This document shows, one piece after another, positions 58,674 to 64,000 of a stretch of DNA of 64,000 nt (positions within the stretch are counted from its first letter, which is position 1; each line of letters begins with the position of its first letter). The stretch is from the human T2T-CHM13v2.0 reference genome, Homo sapiens. The position numbers and the translations under genes are program-made. Where the stretch lies: assembly GCF_009914755.1 (NCBI RefSeq), contig NC_060933.1, one strand, 5' to 3'. The notes below the pieces were generated by a model. The model ran no database searches. It saw only the letters and a program-made list of their open reading frames with translations, and was not told the origin of the DNA.

Positions 58674-61207
58674 CTCTCCCCTCTCCCCTCTCCCCTCTCC
58701 GTCTCCCCAGTCTCCCTCTCATGCGGAGCCGAAGCTGGACTGTACTGCTGCCATCTCGGCTCACTGCAACCTCCCTGCCTGATTCTCCTGCCTCAGTCTG
58801 CCGAATGCCTGCGATTGCAGGCACGCGCCGCCACACCTGATTGGTTTTGGTGGAGACGGGGTTTCGCTGTGTTGGCCGGGCCGGTCTCCAGCCCCTAACC
58901 GCGAGTGATCCGCCAACCTCGGCCTCCCGAGGTGCCGGGATTGCAGACGGAGTCTCGTTCACTCAGTGCTCAATGGTGCCCAGGCTGGAGTGCAGTGGCA
59001 TGATCTCGGCTCACTACAACCTACACCTCCCAGCCGCCTGCCTTGGCCTCCCAAAGTGCCGAGATTGCAGCCTCTGCCCGGCCGCCACCCCATCTGGGAA
59101 GTGAGGAGTGTCTCTGCCTGGCCGCCCATCGTCTGGGATGTGAGGAGCCCCTCTGCCTGGCTGCCCAGTCTGGAAAGTGAGGAGCGTCTCCGCCCGGCCG
59201 CCATCCCATCTAGGAAGTGAGGAGCGCCTCTTCCCAGCCGCCATCACATCTAGGAAGTGAGGAGCGTCTCTGCCCGGCCGCCCATCGTCTGAGATGTGGG
59301 GAGCGCCTCTGCCCCGCCGCCCCATCTGGGATGTGAGGAGCGCCTCTGCCCGGCCGAGACCCCGTCTGGGAGGTGAGGAGCGTCTCTGCCCGGCCGCCCC
59401 GTCTGAGAAGTGAGGAGACCCTCTGCCTGGCAACCACCCCGTCTGAGAAGTGAGGAGCCCCTCCGCCCGGCAGCTGCCCCGTCTGAGAAGTGAGGAGCCT
59501 CTCCGCCCAGCAGCCACCCCATCTGGGAAGTGAGGAGCGTCTCCGCCCGGCAGCCACCCCGTCCGGGAGGGAGGTGGGGGGGGGTCAGCCCCCCGCCCGG
59601 CCAGCCGCCCCATCCGGGAGGGAGGTGGGGGGTCAGCCCCCCCGCCCGGCCAGCCGTGCCGTCCGGGAGGGAGGTGGGGGGGTCAGCCCCCCGCCTGGCC
59701 AGCCGTGCCGTCCGGGAGGGAGGTGGGGGGGTCAGCCCCCCGCCCGGCCAGCCGCCCCGTCCGGGAGGTGAGGGGCGCCTCTGCCCGGCCGCCCCTACTG
59801 GGAAGTGAGGAGCCCCTCAGCCCGGCCAGCCACCCCGTCCGGGAGGGAGATGGGGGGGTCAGCCCCCCCACCCGGCCAGCCGCCCCGTCCGGGAGGGAGG
59901 TGGGGGGGTCAGCCCCCCGCCTGGCCAGCCGCCCCGTCCGGGAGGGAGGTGGGGGGGTCAGCCCTCCCCCTGGCCAGCCGCCCCGTCTGGCAGGTGAGGG
60001 GCGCCTCTGCCCGGCCGCCCCTACTGGGAAGTGAGGAGCCCCTCTGCCCGGCCAGCCGCCCCATCCGGGAGGGAGGTGGGGGGGTCAGCCCCCCGCCCGG
60101 CCAGCCGCCCTGTCTGGGAGGGAGGTGGGGGGGTCAGCCCTCCGCCCGGCCAGCCGCCCCGTCTGGGAGGTGAGGGGCGCCTCTGCCCGGCCGCCCCTAC
60201 TGGGAAGTGAGGAGCCCCTCTGCCCGGCCAGCCGCCCCGTCCGGGAGGGAGGTGGGGGGGTCGGCCCCCCGCCCGGCCAGCCGCCCCATCCGGGAGGGAG
60301 GTGGGGGGGTCGGCCCCCCTCCCGGCCAGCCGCCCCGTCCGGGAGGGAGGTGGGGGGGGTCAGCCCCCACGCCCGGCCAGCCGCCCCGTCCGGGAGGTAA
60401 GGGGCGCCTCTGCCCGGCCGCCCCTACTGGGAAGTGAGGAGCCCCTCTGCCCGGCCAGCCGCCCCGTCCGGGAGGGAGGTGGGGGGGTCGGCCCCCCGCC
60501 CGGCCAGCCGCCCCATCCGGGAGGGAGGTGGGGGGTTCAGCCCCCCGCCCGGCCAGCCGCCCCGTCCGGGAGGGAGGTGGGGGGGGGTCAGCCCCCCTGC
60601 CCGGCCAGCCGCCCCGTCCGGGAGGTGAGGGGCGCCTCTGCCCGGCCGCCCCTACTGGGAAGTGAGGAGCCCCTCTGCCCGGCCACCACCCCGTCTGGGA
60701 GGTGTGCCCAATAGCTCATTGAGAACGGGCCAGGATGACAATGGCGGCTTTGTGGAATAGAAAGGCGGGAAAGGTGGGGAAAAGATTGAGAGATCGGATG
60801 GTTGCCGTGTCTGTGTGGAAGGAAGTAGACATGGGAGACTTTTCATTTTGTTCTGCACTAAGAAAAATTCCTCTGCCTTGGGATCCTGTTGATCTGTGAC
60901 CTTACCCCCAACCCTGTGCTCTCTGAAACATGTGCTGTGTCCACTCAGAGTTAAATGGATTAAGGGCGGTGCAAGATGTGCTTTGTTAAACAGATGCTTG
61001 AAGGCAGCATGCTCGTTAAGAGTCATCACCAATCCCTAATCTCAAGTAACCAGGGACACAAACACTGCGGAAGGCCGCAGGGTCCTCTGCCTAGGAAAAC
61101 CAGAGACCTTTGTTCACTTGTTTATCTGCTGACCTTCCCTCCACTATTGTCCCATGACCCTGCCAAATCCCCCTCTGTGAGAAACACCCAAGAATTATCA
61201 ATAAAAA

Positions 61208-61242
<35 letters not shown>

Positions 61243-61246
61243 AAAA
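58674..61246 (+). mobile_element. Full-length SVA retrotransposon (young SVA_E/F-like), antisense to MAPKAP1
   Basis: CT-rich head, ctctcatgcggagccg and shortened ggttttggtgg in the Alu-like part, long VNTR, SINE-R ending gaattatcaataaa, long pure poly(A). TSD aaaaa(g/a)caagggagag at 58657-58672 and 61241-61256. Confidence 0.95.
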
Positions 61247-61444
61247 CAAGGGAGAGAATTTACATTCCAAAATGTAAAATTTTGATTCCAAAATACTGTC
61301 ATTTCTAATTCACTCAGTTGCTGGTGGACAACAGAACATTCCACGCCATGAAACTACACAATTATTGAGGGAAAAACAAAAAACAAAAAAACAAAACAAA
61401 ACAAACCAACCCTGCAGAGCAGCAGCTGGCTTTTTATAAGCTTA

Positions 61445-61801
<357 letters not shown>

Positions 61802-62437
61802 TCAGACTGAATTCACAGCAAAAGCTTACAAAACGTTTTATTTTTAGTTTCAAGTTTTAATCCTTCTTCTGTCTGAAAAATAGGCTACATTTGGATTGTC
61901 CAATTATATGGCAAGAAAGCACATAAGAAAAAACTACTGAAGTCATACTTAAGGTGTAGTATGAAGCAAAATATAAAAAGTCCATATCATTAAGGACTGA
62001 ACGTCTACATTTTATTTTTAAGAAAATGCTTTGTACAACCTGTAGTCACTGTTAAGTGTAAGAGGAACTATTCTATCTATTCTATAGAATTGTAAGGGAA
62101 CTAGGTAAGGAAAACTGCTCTACCAGGCTTCTGAGCTTTAGTCATAAAATAGGTCTTTTTACACTTTCAGAAATACTGGAAAGAACACTTCTCTTTTTAC
62201 CTGGCATGGCCTCACCTGTTCCAGGCTCTCTCAAAAGTGCCTGCTCAGCAACTGCTTCTGTGTGTTCAGCATGTTGGGGTCAGGGCCCTGGCTAGCCTTC
62301 TGGAAACAGGTCTGGGGGCTCTAGCTCCCTCTGACCCCATTACTGGCACAGAAGGGTATGAGACAGCAATTCTAGTAAGCTTGTCTCCTATGCAGATCCA
62401 ATCTCTTGTTGGGTGAGTCATGCCAATGTTTAGACCT

Positions 62438-62628
62438 ACACTGTCCAACAGCCACTAGCCACATTTGGCTATTTAAATTTAAATTAAATAAGATTAAAAA
62501 CACAATTCCATCACCACACTGGCCACATTTCAAGTACTCAACAGCCACATGTGGCCAGTAACTACCACACTGATCAGCGCAGACACAGAGGATTTCCGTC
62601 ATCATAGAAAGTTCTACTGGAGAGTGCT
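62438..62628 (-). mobile_element. MER3 (hAT-Charlie) fossil
   Basis: ctgtccaa...gccactagccacat...catagaaagttctactggagagtgctg. Confidence 0.75.
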
Positions 62629-63555
62629 GGTCCAGACTCAGTGGAGAAGGAATTAAGGAAGCCTGATTAGGGCTGCACATCCTAACCAGATTTACCAATA
62701 ATAAAGTAGATACATTTAATTCCATTTTTCTGATTTATTCATCTAACTCTCAAGGTTCCAAAGTCAGATCAGAGAGGTGTGATTAATATTCATGTCCAAA
62801 ATACTTAACAATAATTACTAACATATATAGAAGATTTATGATGTGTCAGCCACTATGCAAGAGGCTTATGTATCTAATTTAATTATCAGTACAATCTTAT
62901 AAAAGAAGATACTATCATCATATCCTTTTCACAGATGAGAAAACTAAGGTTTAGAGAAAAGTGATTTTCTTATCACTTATTTTTTTCACCACACAGCTAG
63001 TAAGTGGTGGAGTCAGGATTCAATTTAAAAAATCAAACAAGCCAACAAAACTGTAGGTGCAATTCATATGTAACAATGAGTAGGACTCATCCCACTGAAG
63101 CCTTCTGTGAAATTGTCATCAATATAAAATCACAGAAAATTAGAACAGAAACTACTGCAATGTTTCATGACTACCTGTAATCCATGACGCCTTCTGATAA
63201 CTTAAAAAATTTCACACTACCCCAAAGATGATACACACCCTCCCCACTGCCATTCAAATGCCTCTATCTTGGGCACATTTCCAATAGCCAGTTTTTTAAG
63301 GCTTTAAAGTTTTTATGTAAAAATTAATTTTTCATTTCCCAATGTTAAAATATTTTTTAAAAATACATTCATTGCCCCCTTAAACACACATATAGTGAAC
63401 CATATAAAGTGAAGACCCTCTCTAATCTTTCCAGTTTTAGAGATGGGAATAGTGAAGGCAGAGAGAGTGGGATGGGAACACCTGGCCTGCACTGAGAAAG
63501 GGAACCACTGGAACCGGAACACATTAGGAAGGCCCTGCCAGCACACTTCACCTAA

Positions 63556-63648
63556 CTCTTTTTTATTTTTTTTAAGAGACAGTATCTCACTATGTTGCCT
63601 CAACCTCTCGAGTAGCTGGGACTACAGGTGTGTGCCACTGTGCCCAGC
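63556..63648 (-). repeat. Internally deleted FLAM/Alu fragment
   Basis: tctcactatgttgcc joined to ctcaacctctcgagtagctgggactacagg. Confidence 0.75.
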
Positions 63649-64000
63649 TTTTCATCTGACTCTTGAATGGCATAATTCCTTAAACCCCACCCCATCTCAC
63701 CCTCCAAAAAGTTACGATTTTATCCTACTTTACGGTAGATCTTGTGGGATATGTGGGAACGAAGCTCTGAAAGCATTCAGGTAAGAATTCCCACTGTTTT
63801 CATAGGCTGTTGGAGCCAGAAGAGACCTCAGAGAACTAATTCACTTCCTAATTTTAGAAATGAGGAGACAGAAGCTTGGTTAGTTACATACAAACTGAAG
63901 CATCCTGCCTTGTACCATTTTATAATTCTCTACGACAAAGGCGGCCACTTCATTTAATTGTGCAAAGTGACTACTGAATGTTAGGGTCTGTGGAGTTGCT

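Noticed and set aside
62195-62220. Two minus-strand donor-like sites (CAG|GTAAAA, CAG|GTGAGG)
   Set aside because: No convincing paired acceptor or SIN1-like reading frame identified.

Overview
Primate genomic DNA, most likely human: it is Alu/L1/L2/MIR-rich and carries two SVA elements, one with young SVA_E/F-like diagnostics. The whole window lies inside MAPKAP1 (SIN1, mTORC2 subunit), transcribed on the minus strand. It contains one coding exon (21459-21631, 173 nt, [10 protein letters not shown]...GREPKL, CRIM-domain region); the rest is the two flanking introns. These introns hold a 6.5-kb non-coding MER41 provirus with two MER41A-type LTRs (2844-9307), two full-length SVAs (12126-14350, 58674-61246), a processed HNRNPA1 pseudogene (31494-32885), an L1PA 3' fragment, an ERVL/LTR16A remnant, old L1M/L2/MIR and DNA-transposon fossils, and about 34 Alu copies or fragments. 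Nearly all other ORFs in the track are repeat artefacts. I see no convincing new protein-coding system. The most interesting signals are retroelement architecture and repair scars: a triplicated U5-PBS-splice-donor leader and a tRNA-Glu-like relic in MER41, asymmetric promoter gain/poly(A) loss between its LTRs, one TSD enclosing the pseudogene plus two Alus, a poly(A)-only insertion with a TSD, and a dense palindrome cluster. Repeat-free blocks that may be regulatory are also flagged. Subfamily calls and comparisons with consensus sequences are from memory and were not computed.
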